Under the pieces are notes generated by a model, which had not been told where the DNA came from, made no database searches, and saw only the letters and a program-made list of their open reading frames with translations. The position numbers were made by a program, and so were the translations under genes. A stretch of DNA of 20,000 nt from Lama guanicoe. Its lineage: Eukaryota. The stretch spans positions 55,807-75,806 of the forward strand of contig MU054118.1 in NCBI GenBank assembly GCA_013239625.1. Direction: 5' to 3'. Positions 1 to 11,140 of the stretch are shown here, one piece after another (the stretch's first letter is position 1; every line of letters starts with the position of its first letter).

Positions 1-138
1 CTTCAGCTGTCTTCTTTTTTCTCAGATTTCTTTGGCAATTTGAGGACTTTTCTGGTTCTATGTAATTTTAGGATTATTTTTTCTGGTTCTGTGGAGAATA
101 TCATGGATATTTTGATAGAGATTGCATTAAATCTGTAG
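1..138 (-). mobile_element. LINE-1 ORF2 fragment (antisense), cut by the window edge
   Basis: TTTTAGGATTATTTTTTCTGGTTCTGTGGAGAATATCATGGATATTTTGATAGAGATTGCATTAAATCTGTAG is typical antisense L1 ORF2 sequence and resembles 14740-14885 in this window. Confidence 0.85.
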
Positions 139-1489
139 CTTTAATGCGTCTTTTTTACTTTGGGTCTTTTTTACTTCTTCTTTTGCAAGTTTAACTCATT
201 AATTTCAAGTATCTTTTACTTTCCAATACAAGAATTTAAGGCTGTATGTTAACATTTAAGGACTACTGTATCTGAATTTCATCAGCTTGACATATATTAT
301 TTTTGTTATTTGTCAATTCTAATTATCTTCTTTATCTTTTATCATTTCTTCTAAGCCCACATATTTTTCAGTGACAAATTTTTTATTTGCAAAAACATGT
401 TATTTTTCTAATCTTTCCCTTTTAGTAATTTCTCCTTTAGTCACTTTTTGGACAGAGACTATAGTCTATATGATGTCAGTGTTTGAAATAACTTGAAACT
501 GGCAGTGTGACCTTAGAATTGACCAGTATTCATTAAAAAACCATCTTTGCTTTGAATTGTGTCTTGTGCAATGGTTGGGTTCAAAGATTTCTATACATGC
601 ATTAGTCTTTTTAATTGTGCTGTTTATGTATTCTCTATAGTGCTGTTTTTGACTGCCTCATCTATCAAATAGTAGGAAGATATGTTATTAACATATTAAA
701 ATATATTTGCCACTTTTTGGTAGATTAATTGCTCTTTATAGGTTTAAGATACTTCTATACTATGTTATTATATATTGCATACATATATGTTTATAATGTT
801 GTATCTTCCCAAAAAATTAGACTAGTATCATTCAATAGTGTATCTCTTTATCTCTAGTCATGGTTTAGGTTGAAACAATTTTTTTTCTGATATTAATAAG
901 TTTACATTTTCTTTTGATTAATATTAATATTTCTGCCTCGTATATCTTTATCTTCTTTAGACATTTAGCCATTTGAGATTTAGTGTCTCACGTGTATCCC
1001 TTTTAGACAGCAAGTTATTTGGCTTTATTTTTAATTGACTCTATGATGGCTAGTTTTGTCCTTAACTAAGGGGCTTTTTGCAGTTAACATCTATTATGAT
1101 TACTGATGTATTACTGCATCCTATTTACATTCTATATGTCCCACTTGGTTATTTTTGTTCTATGTTTTGCCTTCTAAAGTATTGAATTATGTTTTATTTT
1201 CCCTCATTTCATTTTTTTCCTTCTACTGGTTTGAAAATTTTAAGTGTGTATTCTATTTTTTGGTACCCTTTTCTACTAGCTTATTCTCTACATGGAGTCA
1301 TATGTAGTTAATATCTTTATCCTCCTACCAAACCATAAAAAGATTCTAAAAAAGATTATGATTCACATCCTTTCATCTTATATGACATTGTTTTGTTTTG
1401 TTTTCAAGCTTGTTTTCTCTCTGATACAAATGAGGTGTTATTATTGTTTTTTGCACTTGACATTGAACTCCATGTAGATATTCACATAA
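139..1489 (-). mobile_element. Old, degraded L1 (L1M-type) antisense fragments
   Basis: Very T-rich plus strand with L1-like phrases (TTTTTTCTGATATTAATA, GTGTATCCCTTTTAGACAGCA, GTTAACATCTATTATGATTACTGAT). Boundaries approximate. Confidence 0.55.
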
Positions 1490-2090
1490 CATTTTTATTG
1501 TGATAAAAACATATAAAATTGCTATCAACCATTTTTAAATACACAATTCAGTGGTGTTAAATGCATGCACATTTTGTGAAACAGATCTCTAGAACTTTTA
1601 CATCTTGCAAAGCTGAAACTCTATATCCATTAAACAACTCTCCATTTTCCTCTTCCTCAGTTCCTGGTAAGCACCATTTACCTTCTGGGGTTTGTTTTGT
1701 TTTGTTTTGTTTTGTTTGTTGTTTTTTAATGAATTGACTACTTTAGATACCTTATATAAGTGGAGTCACACAGTATTTGTTTTTTGGGTTTTTTTTTTGT
1801 AAGTGGCTTATCTGTGTATAATGGCCTAAAGGCTTTACCATGGTGTAGCATGCATAAATTCTTAGGGATTGATGGACCATTTGGCAGTTCTACTTTTAGT
1901 TTTTTGAGGAACTTTCATACCATTTTCTATAGTGGCTGCACTATTCTAGAATCTTTCCAGCAATGCATATGGGGTCCAGTTTCTCCACATCATCAAAATG
2001 TGTTATTTTCAAGTCTTTTGATAGTCACCATTATAATGGGTGTGAAGTGATATCTCCTTATGGTTTTGATTTGCATTTCTCTGATGATTA
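1490..2090 (-). mobile_element. L1MA/L1MB-type 3' end (antisense)
   Basis: ACCATTTTTAAATACACAATTCAGTGG...CAAAGCTGAAACTCTATATCCATTAAACAACTC...GATACCTTATATAAGTGGAGTCACACAGTATTTG...GGTTTTGATTTGCATTTCTCTGATGATTA follows the old mammalian L1 3'UTR/ORF2 end. Confidence 0.85.
1690..1727. repeat. (GTTTT)n microsatellite inside L1
   Basis: Directly visible pentamer run. Confidence 0.85.
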
Positions 2091-2682
2091 TGTTACAGAC
2101 TCCAAACTCATTCTGTTTGCCAGGGTACAGGGTTAAAGCCAAAGAAATAGATCTAATATGGAGTCAGATTCATTCTTTTCTATTACAACTGTACATGAAA
2201 GCTAAGAAAAACAGGGCTTTGAATCAGTGATTAAATGTATCTTCCCTTCAGTCTGCAGGAAAAGACTTGTTATTTATTTAGTTTAAAAGAGTAGGCAAGA
2301 ATTCCTACTCAAGTCAGAATTCAGGCTTCTTTTATACTAAAAGGGTAAAGAGTGTGGTAGGTTGTTACAAACTTCTTGGTGTAGGAATTCTTTGTTCTTG
2401 CAGCTGTCCCTGTGTGTCAGATCACAGTGTCCCTGTAAACCTCCAACAAAAGAAATGTTGTTTTCTATTCTGCAACTTGTTATCTTTGTAGGAGTGCAAA
2501 AGTGTTACTATCCTTAAAGGTCAGAGCCTTGAGAATAGGCTCTCCTGTATATTTCAGGCTACAGGCAACATTGTTTCACAAAAGGTGCAGAGCTAGCAAG
2601 ACTAAGCCTAGAAACCAGGGCACAGGGTTAAAGGAAAATGAACAGATCTAATATGGAGTCAGATTCATTCTTTTCTATTATA
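2091..2682 (-). mobile_element. ERV1-class solo LTR (MER41-like), internally rearranged
   Basis: Starts with TGTTACA at 2091. The other terminus (...ATATGGAGTCAGATTCATTCTTTTCTATTACA, reverse complement TGTAATAGAAAAGAATGAATCTGACTCCATATT) occurs at 2187 and again at 2682. The GACTCCAT start recalls MER41-type LTRs; family assignment is from memory. Confidence 0.7.
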
Positions 2683-2785
2683 ATTGTACATAAAAGCTAA
2701 AGAGAGAAGGGTTTTGAATCAGTGATTAAAGATATCTTCCCTTCAGCTTGCAGGAAAAGACTTGTTACTCATTTAGTTTAAAAGA
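2120..2785 (+). repeat. 171-bp direct repeat, 2120-2290 and 2615-2785
   Basis: Both copies run from CCAGGG(T/C)ACAGGGTTAAAG to ATTTAGTTTAAAAGA at a constant 495-bp offset with scattered substitutions. Confidence 0.92.
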
Positions 2786-5075
2786 TGTTTCTTAAAAATG
2801 AGCTTAAAGATATTTGGCAAAATGTTCTTTCAGTGAAAGAAATGTATGCCCAGCACGTCATGCACTAGTGACTAGTATCCTGCCTGTGGCACTAGTATTT
2901 CTAAGGCAACATTCAAGTTGCAAGAGAATCTAACTTTCTACCAAGGGAAAGGTGTATGTTTCATTCCATCTGAATATCAAAACTTACTTTCAGATTAGAT
3001 TGGTAAACCTGTTTTGGACAAGCCACATGAAAGAAACTTTAGGCCCAGTGTTTTGTCTATGAAATAACATTAGGTGAAGAGACACATGCCTGGAGTGGCT
3101 TCTTTACCCTGCTGTGGCTCAAGTGTTTCCAAAGGTAAAAGGAAGTTGAATAAACCTCAAATTCTTAATAGGGAGGAAAACATTATCTACCGCCTGTGCC
3201 ATCACAGTGTTAAACATGTTCCCACATGAGGTTCATAACAAGCTTTCTGTCAGGCTCCAGGAAAGAAATCTCGAGCAGTCATACACATGTGAAGAAAACT
3301 AACAGACCTGTGATGATACTACCACTAGGGCACCACATTGAGGCTGCTAAAAGATGTATCTTCCTATCTGTCTGTTTGCAATGGCTTCCTTTCAGATTAG
3401 ATGTACATACATGTTTCTTACAAGCCACATGAAACACATTTGAGGCCCTCCCTTCTTTCTATTAGGTAGAGTTATACTCAGAAGCATATGCATGTGGCGA
3501 ATTGTCCAACAGACCTGTAGGACCGCTGCCTCCAAAGCGCCACTGCGACCTTGGGAAGCCTGTCCTTCTGAATGTGATGAAACTTATCTTTTCTGCCACC
3601 TGCACCTAAAGCCTTGACCTGGCATTATACAAACAAATGTATCTGATGAGCTGCATGACAGAAACTTTTAACACCATATTCTTACACTGAAAGAAAGCTG
3701 CTCCCAGGGAGTCAGGCATGTATGGCACTGTGTAAGAGAGCTTTAGCACCAGTGCTTATAAGGATACAGCAAACTGTATGTAAAATGATTGGCTTCAAAG
3801 CCTGAATATATGATTCTTTTTTTAGCCCAAAGAAAAACTGGTTTTCAATCAGGTAAATCTGAACACCTACATGAAAAATTATTCAGGTATAGTGCAATTT
3901 TCCCTGAATGGAAGGTAAGCGTTGGGAGTGACACATGTAGGGAACAGTGTAATGTACTCATTTTTAAAGCTACATTGAAAGTGAGAAAAGCCTAGCTTTC
4001 TTTCTAGGAAAAAAATGTATCTATCTTTCCTTCTTCATGTAAAGGCTTGCTTTCAGATTTGATGTATGCATATATTCTTAAAAGTAATGTGAAAGATACT
4101 CATAGCAGAGAGTAGATTCAGTGACAGAGTTCCACTTAGTGATGTGTATGCAGTGAATTTAATAATAGGTCTGTAAAAATACTCCTTCTAAGGCTACACT
4201 GAGATTTCAAAAAAACATAGCTGTCTTTTGAGAAAAAGATGTATTTTTCTTTCTATATGATATAAATAGCTGTTCTTGCTAGCTATAGGAAAGGAATTTT
4301 ACACACATGTTCTTACAGTAAATAGTTTCTACTATGCATATTTAATTGATACAGTCGTTAACTATTTCACAGTCCTGTGACACTAGTGTTTTTAAGGCTA
4401 CCTAGAAGCTGTGCTAATTAGTTTTCTAACATCGAATATTAGTTAATGCCTTTCCATCTGCATATAAAAACTTCACATATCATATATATATCCACATATA
4501 TATATATATGTCTGTTATAAGCTATATCAAAACAATTTAGATGGTGTTCTTTCAGTTAAATTTAGTTACAGATAATGGGTGATGCATATATTTAATTGTT
4601 TAATAGACGTAAAACATTAGTGTTTCTAAGGCTACCCAGAAGCTGGGCTAAGACTGTGACCTTGAACAGTAATGAATGCCTTCTGGTCTGCAGGTAAAGA
4701 CTTATTCACATATAAGATGTATATATAGAGATGTTAGTTACAAACAATATGAATGAGTTTTTGCAGTTTTCTTATAGAGAAAGTTATACACATGCACATG
4801 GTGATGATGTCACTACTGTAACACTTGTGTTTCTAAGGCACTTAACGGCTGTGCTAAGCTTAATGATCTAACACTGAATGCATGTGAGAGCCTTCATGGC
4901 TGCATGTAATTAGCGTCATATTAGATATATGTATATAGATGTTCATTACAAGTTTATGAAAGAAACTTTTGGCATAGTGTTTTGTCCATGAAAGGAAGTT
5001 ATATCCAGTGAGTGTTCTATGCAGTAAATTGTTTAACAGACCTGTCGCATGTCTAAGGCTGCTCATGTCCATGGA
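2683..5075. repeat. Highly diverged tandem array, ~200-235 bp unit, about 11-12 copies
   Basis: An anchor resembling CTAGTGTTTCTAAGGC recurs at ~2891, 3120, 3322, 3523, 3748, 3955, 4180, 4382, 4616, 4823 and 5048. Shared sub-motifs include AACAGACCTGT, TTCAGATTAGATG and ACAAGCCACATGAAA. Confidence 0.8.
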
Positions 5076-5330
5076 ACACTCATTTTAAAGGAGGAATGTG
5101 AGAGTTTGTGCATCATATAAATTAGCATAGGAAGAAAAAAAAACACCACTAAAATGTAACTTAAATAGGTTTTATAATAATGTTCAAATTTTGCATTAAA
5201 TACATACTGCTTTTCCAAATAAATAACTGGACTTTGGGAATGAAGCATTAGAGAGATGGGGCCAGTGCACTCTGTGTGCCCCAGCTGTGTCCCTGACACA
5301 GTGGAGGTCCCACCACCACTGGACACACAG

Positions 5331-5424
5331 TCTCCCTTGCGCTTGATGATGGCTGTGTCTCTTGGCCTTGAGAGTTCTGCTGCCCAAAGTTGACTGGGGC
5401 TCCAGCTAGCAGGATAGGATGTAG
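5331..5424 (-). pseudogene. RALGDS-like last recognisable exon
   Basis: TTGTAG acceptor; YILSC*LEPQSTLGSRTLKAKR / TAIIKRKGD versus YNLSCELEPPSESASNTLRTKKNTAIVKRWSD. TAG at 5406-5408 plus a frameshift. Confidence 0.9.
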
Positions 5425-5600
5425 CTACAAGAGAGGGTTGATCCAGTTTGGCTACCAGAAGCCACAATTCAGGAATCACTCATAGTGTCTGCCCAGCAGC
5501 TGGAGTCTGGTCACCATGCAACAAGGTCTGGGAATGAGCAGGGAGACATGGACTCAGCTCTCTGGATGGGCCAGTGGGGAGAGCCCACCCTGACTTTCTC

Positions 5601-5693
5601 CTCTCTTGCCTCACTGAGCTGCTCTCTGTCCCAGAACCAGGCACCAAATTGCTCTTCTGGCTGTAGGTTGTAATTTTCTGCTGTCACCTGATT
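5601..5693 (-). pseudogene. RALGDS-like CDC25 C-terminal exon (5' part deleted)
   Basis: QVTAENYNLQPEEQFGAWFWDREQLSE versus QSACNNYSIAPDEQFGAWFRAVERLSE. Confidence 0.9.
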
Positions 5694-5971
5694 CTGGGTC
5701 TTTGCATACATGGGAGCCCTCCTTCCCTGCAATTCTTTCCAGGCCCTATGTGTTTGCAGAGATGCAATAAATAGCCCCTCATCCAGGAATATTTCCCTGA
5801 TGCCATCCCCTTTCCTCCACACATCAGGAGGATGGGTCTCCCACACCTCTGTTACCAAACTCTCCCAACAAATGTAAGCTACAGAGCATGGAGCCAGGCA
5901 GTGTTCTGCCCGGTGTCATCTCTGATTTCCTCCTCACACCCATCCCTGTGGGGATGGCCACTGCTGCTCAC

Positions 5972-6004
5972 CTTCTTCTTCTTCTGGTGGTTGCTCTCAT
6001 TCCC
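5972..6004 (-). pseudogene. RALGDS-like 33-nt exon
   Basis: GNESNHQKKKK versus GRLINFEKRRK (11 aa). GTGAGC donor; acceptor TGG instead of YAG. Confidence 0.75.
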
Positions 6005-6572
6005 CCAGAAGACAAACACATACCAGAAAGAGCCTTCGAGTCATTACCAGTTCTCTATGCCCACCCCTTCTCATGTTGCACAACCCCAAGTTTCACAAAG
6101 GGTCCTGGCAAGCACAGAAAACAGCACATGGACCAAGGCCACGCTCCTGGCCCCAGAGACAGTGGGATATGGGGCCTGAGTCTCACAGACCTTGTGGCAC
6201 AAGCCTCTCTGATGACAGCCAGGGAGGAAGGGACTGCTCGCTCACTTATGTGTTGCTGGACTTGAAGGGCCCCCCACTTCATTCTTGCCCCTTGGATATC
6301 ACTTGAGGAAGAAACTCAGTTCATGCAAAGCCTCCTGCAGCTTTGCAGTCAGGGACCTCTGCTGCTTCACTGGCCTTGAGAACTGGAACCAGTGGAGTCT
6401 CCTTTCACTTATTACTAAAAATGGACATGAATTTCCAGCTCACAGGGATGCTGTGAGGCTCTCCTGAGAGGAGGTCTGCCTCCTGCTGACAGTTCAGGGC
6501 TCAGTACTGGGGATCTCCCTTCCCAAGCCTCCATCCTTTTCCCCTCCTTGCCTGGCCCCCAGGCTCACTGCC

Positions 6573-6647
6573 CCACAGGCAGTCCTCCACCATGGAGCCC
6601 AACAGCATGAGTTCAGTGAGGATTATGCCAAGGAAGGTTGCCATCCG
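6573..6647 (-). pseudogene. RALGDS-like CDC25-domain exon
   Basis: MATFLGIILTELMLLGSMVEDCLW versus TVPYLGTFLTDLVMLDTAMKDYLY. Both splice sites degenerate. Confidence 0.8.
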
Positions 6648-7062
6648 GGTGGGAGTGAGATGAGCCCCTGCTGTCAGGTGCCCCCACAGGCCCTCCTTTG
6701 AAAACTCCCCACCCTCCACGCCTGCCCAGGGGCTTCGTCTGGAGCAGCCTAGGGCCTTAATAACCTCCCCTCAATTTCCCTCCCTCCATCCCAAGAACAT
6801 TAGACTCGTAGTCACTTCCAAAGGCCTGCATCTGGCAAATCACAGGTTATTTAATCCTTGGCCCCTTCCCGCCCCCAAATCCATCCTCAGCAGCTCTTCC
6901 AAGCCCTCCCGCTGCTCACTTTACAGGAGGATTTCAGGCCACTTGGCAACAGGCGTCAGGGCTGGAGGAAAAAGCCCCTTCCTCTCTGAGCTTGGAGGCC
7001 TCCAGCTAGGAGGGGAGACCCCTTCCCCTGACCCTGGGGCCCCTCTTCCACAGGACACTGGC

Positions 7063-7131
7063 CTTCCTCTGCAGCCTCTTCTGGGCTCCATGGAGGCTCA
7101 TCATCAGGGTGGTGAACGTGGCGGGCTGCTC
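7063..7131 (-). pseudogene. RALGDS-like CDC25-domain exon
   Basis: GGCAG acceptor, 69 nt = EQPATFTTLMMSLHGAQKRLQRK versus EGTSKFATLEMNPKRAQKRPKET (both 23 aa). Donor GCCAGT. Confidence 0.85.
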
Positions 7132-8274
7132 CTGCCAGGACTGGGGATGGGGTCATCGAGGCAATACTCCCCTCATCCCATTTCCCCCAACACCCCTGAT
7201 CTCAGACCCTGGACATCTGACCCAAGTCAGCTGATACTCTGTCCTCCAGCAAGCTCTGATTCTAGGCTAATCCTTGGCCTCCCTGCCCCTGTTTTCTCTT
7301 CTGGAAAGTCTGTGCCACACAAGTTCTCATGAGGACATGGCACCATACTGCTGTCCCGCTACCATCACTGCTTCTCCCTCAGCCCTGCAGGTGTAGCAGG
7401 GAGCAACGGCTCCCTCTTCCTTTCTTCCCTCTCACCTCATCAGAGCCTTGTGAGGCCTGTACCAGGGGATCATCATCCCTCCAATTCCCAGATAAGGAGA
7501 CACTGTATCAAAGAGCAATGAGTTGCTCAGGGCCCCACAGAAGAGAGGTTGAGCTTCCTCTTGGCCAGAGGCTCTGTCATAGCTTCCCTCCTCCCATCCC
7601 AGCCCCATCTGTCCTGTGCTTAAATCTCTCATTTTTTCAGGCCCCCATCTGGATAAAGCTGTGGATGGAGAAGGACAGGATGTCTAGGAGGCATGGTTGA
7701 GTTCCCTGTCTGCCCCAGATGCACAGGAGTCTCTGCCATCCAGGCTGGAACCAAGGCTACACTGAAACCCTCACATCCCCAGGATCAGCGCAGGACCTTC
7801 CTCTGACTGCAATATCCTCTCATCCACTCAGTAGAGTGACCCCTGAGGGGCCACCTCTGACCAACGGGGGAGAGGGTGGCAGTCAGTTTGCTTCTTTTTG
7901 TACATGAAGCTTCTGAGGGCCATTCAGGAAGGATCCACTAAAAATCCATCAGTTTCCCAGATACTTTTCTTTTTTGACAGCAACAGAATTTATTTTGAAA
8001 TTATCCAGCTATTGTTCTTTTCCCTTACTACTGATATTTGATATTTGCACTTATATGATGCTTATAAACAGAAGCACCCTATCTTTGTGGTAAGCAGATT
8101 CATTAAATTCCTAGGAGCAATTGCTATTGGAATGAGTGTTAAATCTGGTGTGGGGCTGTGAACAGACCTATGACAGTGTAAGTTCTCTGACAGGCAAAGG
8201 GAAGTTAAAAATCTCATCTTTTCTTGTATTTTAAGATTACTTTTATTTAAAAAAAAACTACTTCAAAAACAGGA

Positions 8275-8436
8275 ATCATAGCCGTTAGACCTGGAAAATT
8301 CTTATGGAATCCTCTAGTACAAACTCCTTTACAGATGAGGATGGTGAAACTTGAAAAGGCCAGGTAACTAACTGGTCCATGCCGCTTGTCTGTGGAAGGG
8401 CTGGATCTCAGCTCTGACTCTGTCCAGTGTTCTCTC
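8275..8436 (+). mobile_element. MIR/MIR3-like SINE
   Basis: GTTAGACCTGGAA...TCTAGTACAAACTCCTTTACAGATGAGGA...TCTGACTCTGTCCAGTGTTCT follows the MIR core layout. Confidence 0.65.
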
Positions 8437-9439
8437 TCTTGATCCCTTTTCTCCTCACTTGAGACATTCCACTGTCATTTTAAAGAATTATTTTCTTCAT
8501 CATACACTGTAATGACAGAGCTTGCCTCATTTGCTCTTTTTGTGTGTGTCGTAGTGGAAGCCAAGTCACATGTGCACTGTCACCCTCTTGGTTCTCCTGC
8601 TCTCTTGACCGTCTTCCACCCTGCCCTTTCCCCCTACCCTTTGCCTGGAACTTGCTCTCCCTTCCCCTTCAAACTCTGTTATCTTTGGAAATATGTGTGC
8701 ACGTCCCAACATGGCTGGGATCTGCAGCAAGGTGACTCCAGGTTGAATGGAGTCTTTTCCACAGTGCTTGAATTTGCCCAAGGGTTTGGAAAGCTGAACA
8801 ACCAACAGAAAGTAAAACTGCCATCCTTTGCCCTTTCAGCAGGCCTGTGTTCCATTGACAGAGGAAGAATTAAGGATAAGGAAAAAAAAAGAAAGAAACT
8901 CCACTTGAAGTACTCGTCTGTCCCTTGTAAAAGTTCAAGGTTGTTGTTCAATGTCTGAATGTTTCCCTTGTGATTCGCTTGTAGTCCTTAAGTCATCTTC
9001 AGACATCTGATCTAGGAAGCATCAGGGGCAAATTTAAATGTTGGGTATTTGCGTTGAAGTCAGTGTCTTGGCTCATAGAAGTCGGTGGGGGATGTGATTT
9101 TTCTCTGTGGGTCTGGGTGTTCAGAATGGGAGTCTTTTCTGGCGCAGGAAGCCTTCCTAGCTGCAGGGGCCACTGCATGGGCTGTGGCACTCTTTGTAGT
9201 TCCCATTCTTCAGTAGACACTGTGAGGGGCAGGCCTGTTTTCTGCATTCTAGCACCTGCCCTCAGAGCCCCCTAAGTACCCAAGAGAACCTTGTTTTTAA
9301 TCAGAGGTTGAAATGGAACCTCCCCCTGGGTGCACCAGAGAGTTCCTCTGGGGCAGCACCCCACCTTCCGGAGGGCAGCAACCTGCTGGGGGTGGGGGGC
9401 CAGCCTTGATCCCTGGGCACCTCTGTCTCTGGAGACGCC

Positions 9440-10020
9440 CTGCCAACCAGGTACGTAGAGGCGAGGCGCTGTCCGCTTTCCAGGGCGGCGGGTGCTGAAC
9501 TTGGGAGCGGGACGGTGGGTCTGGAGAGCCGCGGGCCATGAGCCGGTCAACAGGGGTGGGCGCGGCGAACTCATTAACGGGGCGTCTCGGGGGAAGTTCG
9601 GGCGGGGTCCGCCGGCTCGCTGGCTTTCTTGCTCTAAAATCCATCCTGGGCAGAGCAGCCCCACTTCTCACCCAAACTCGGGGAGACGAGGGATCAGGCG
9701 GGTGCGCGGTTCAGCGAGGCGGCAGAGGAAGCGCTCAGCCCCGGCGGCGGCCCCTCCAGCGCGCGTCCACGACCCAGGGCGCCGGCCCAACCGCCTCGGC
9801 TGTGGCGGGTCCCGCCGGGCGGAGGCCGGTTTTACGAAGAGGGCAGCGGGGGCTCCTGGACTCCAGCCCGGGCCGGTCTCGGGACGGCCGGTCCGCCAGC
9901 CCTCGCCGGCCTCGCTCGCCCCGCGAGGCGGCGGCCTCTTCCGCGGTTCCGGGGTCCTCCCGTCACCGCTTATAAGCCACCCAAGCCACGTTTCCTTGCT
10001 GACTACGCACTGAGGCGAGA
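9440..10020. promoter_or_regulatory. CpG island / candidate promoter
   Basis: Very GC- and CpG-dense against CpG-poor flanks. GC box GGGCGGGG 9600-9607, ETS-like CTTCCG 9938-9943 and TTCCGG 9947-9952, CTTATAAG 9969-9976. Confidence 0.85.
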
Positions 10021-11127
10021 CTCCTGACTGATGGACTGACAGTGATTGTATAGGGGCTCAGTGTGGAGTCAGAATGCACACATACCTGTCTCTGGTCCAA
10101 CCATTTGGACTCAAGGTTGCACAGTCCATTTGCACACCTGGCCCATGGGACTCCCCTGCAGTGCCCGTCCTTGGGGAAAGAAGGGTGCCCTCCACTTGGG
10201 GGTATGGTGAAGGAAAGGAGCAGCAGGAACCTGGGTTTCCTGAGGACAAACTGGACTGGTTGGTTTAGGGAAGAAAGTTATCCCCACCCACCCCATTTAT
10301 CCAACAGCCTGGAAGAAGCTACGTGCTAGCCGGATGGACCAGCATGGAAGCCAGAGACCTGCTAATTTTTCTCTCTCAGGACCCCCTCCTGAAAACCCCA
10401 GCCATCATCTTTTTACCTCATTACCAGGACCTCCTGCCCCTCACCCTGCCCGTAGACAAAACTACCCTCTTCGTGTTAATCCAGAGAAGACTGGAATTTT
10501 TCAAAATAACTTTACGTGAGAAGCTAAAAAAAGCGCATGCTGCCCAGCTCCCCTTTTCCTATCTTTCCACTCTTATCAGACCTCCAGCCTCCACTCTACC
10601 AGCTCCCTGCTCAATGAGTTGTCTTTACTACAAACCTTTTTAGATTTTCAGGAGCTCTTCCTGAGCAGAGTGGAAAGAGGGAAGAAGAGGTAAAAAAATA
10701 TGACGGGCATTAAAATCCAAATACTTTTTAATTGAGAACAAAAAATAATCAAATTGCCTGGATGAGGGTTTTTCACTGGGCTCCTCTGAACACTAAGGTC
10801 CCACAGGACTGAAGGATGGAGCGCTCAGGTTGGTCACCAGAGGCCGCCATTCCCATTTCTATTGACAAGCTTTTTTTTTTTTAATTGCTTGAATTCTGTT
10901 GTTTTTACTTTAGTTTTTTCCCCCTTTTTCAGTTTGATTAGGTAGAATTATTACAGTTCGACTGCACATACACATTATATTGCATGTAGATACATATATA
11001 CAGTACACTGCACTTTTTTTTCGTTTATATGTATGTGCGGATCATTGTTTCTAAGAACAGATCAGAGCTTCAGCTTTTTAGCTTTGGCTTCTCACTAACT
11101 CCAAGCTCCAGAAGAGGCAGCTCAGTT

Positions 11128-11140
11128 CCACTAGAGGGCG
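11128..11140 (+). promoter_or_regulatory. CTCF core motif
   Basis: CCACTAGAGGGCG matches the CTCF consensus CCAC(C/T)AG(G/A)GGGCG with its CpG retained. Confidence 0.6.

Noticed and set aside
2683..5075. Array as CRISPR or a decayed C2H2 zinc-finger cluster
   Set aside because: Eukaryotic context, no identical short repeats with unique spacers, period is not 84 bp and there are no TGEKPY remnants.
7641..7830. Plus-strand exon-like pieces (IWIKLWMEKDRMSRR; RTF...ILS) as inverted missing RasGEF exons
   Set aside because: Weak similarity, and the order is wrong for a simple inversion.
8512..8958. 148-aa ORF and overlapping antisense ORFs
   Set aside because: No domain or coding signature; composition reflects simple purine/pyrimidine tracts.
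9290..9385. Minus-strand peptide ALRKVGCCPRGTLW, faintly like RalGDS LFKKVVPYHCLGSIW
   Set aside because: Much weaker than the accepted exons, needs gaps, and the rest of the exon is not recoverable.
9272..10013. Long overlapping ORFs (124-173 aa) across the CpG island
   Set aside because: Arg/Gly/Pro/Ala-rich frames are expected in GC-rich DNA with few stop codons; no recognisable domain.
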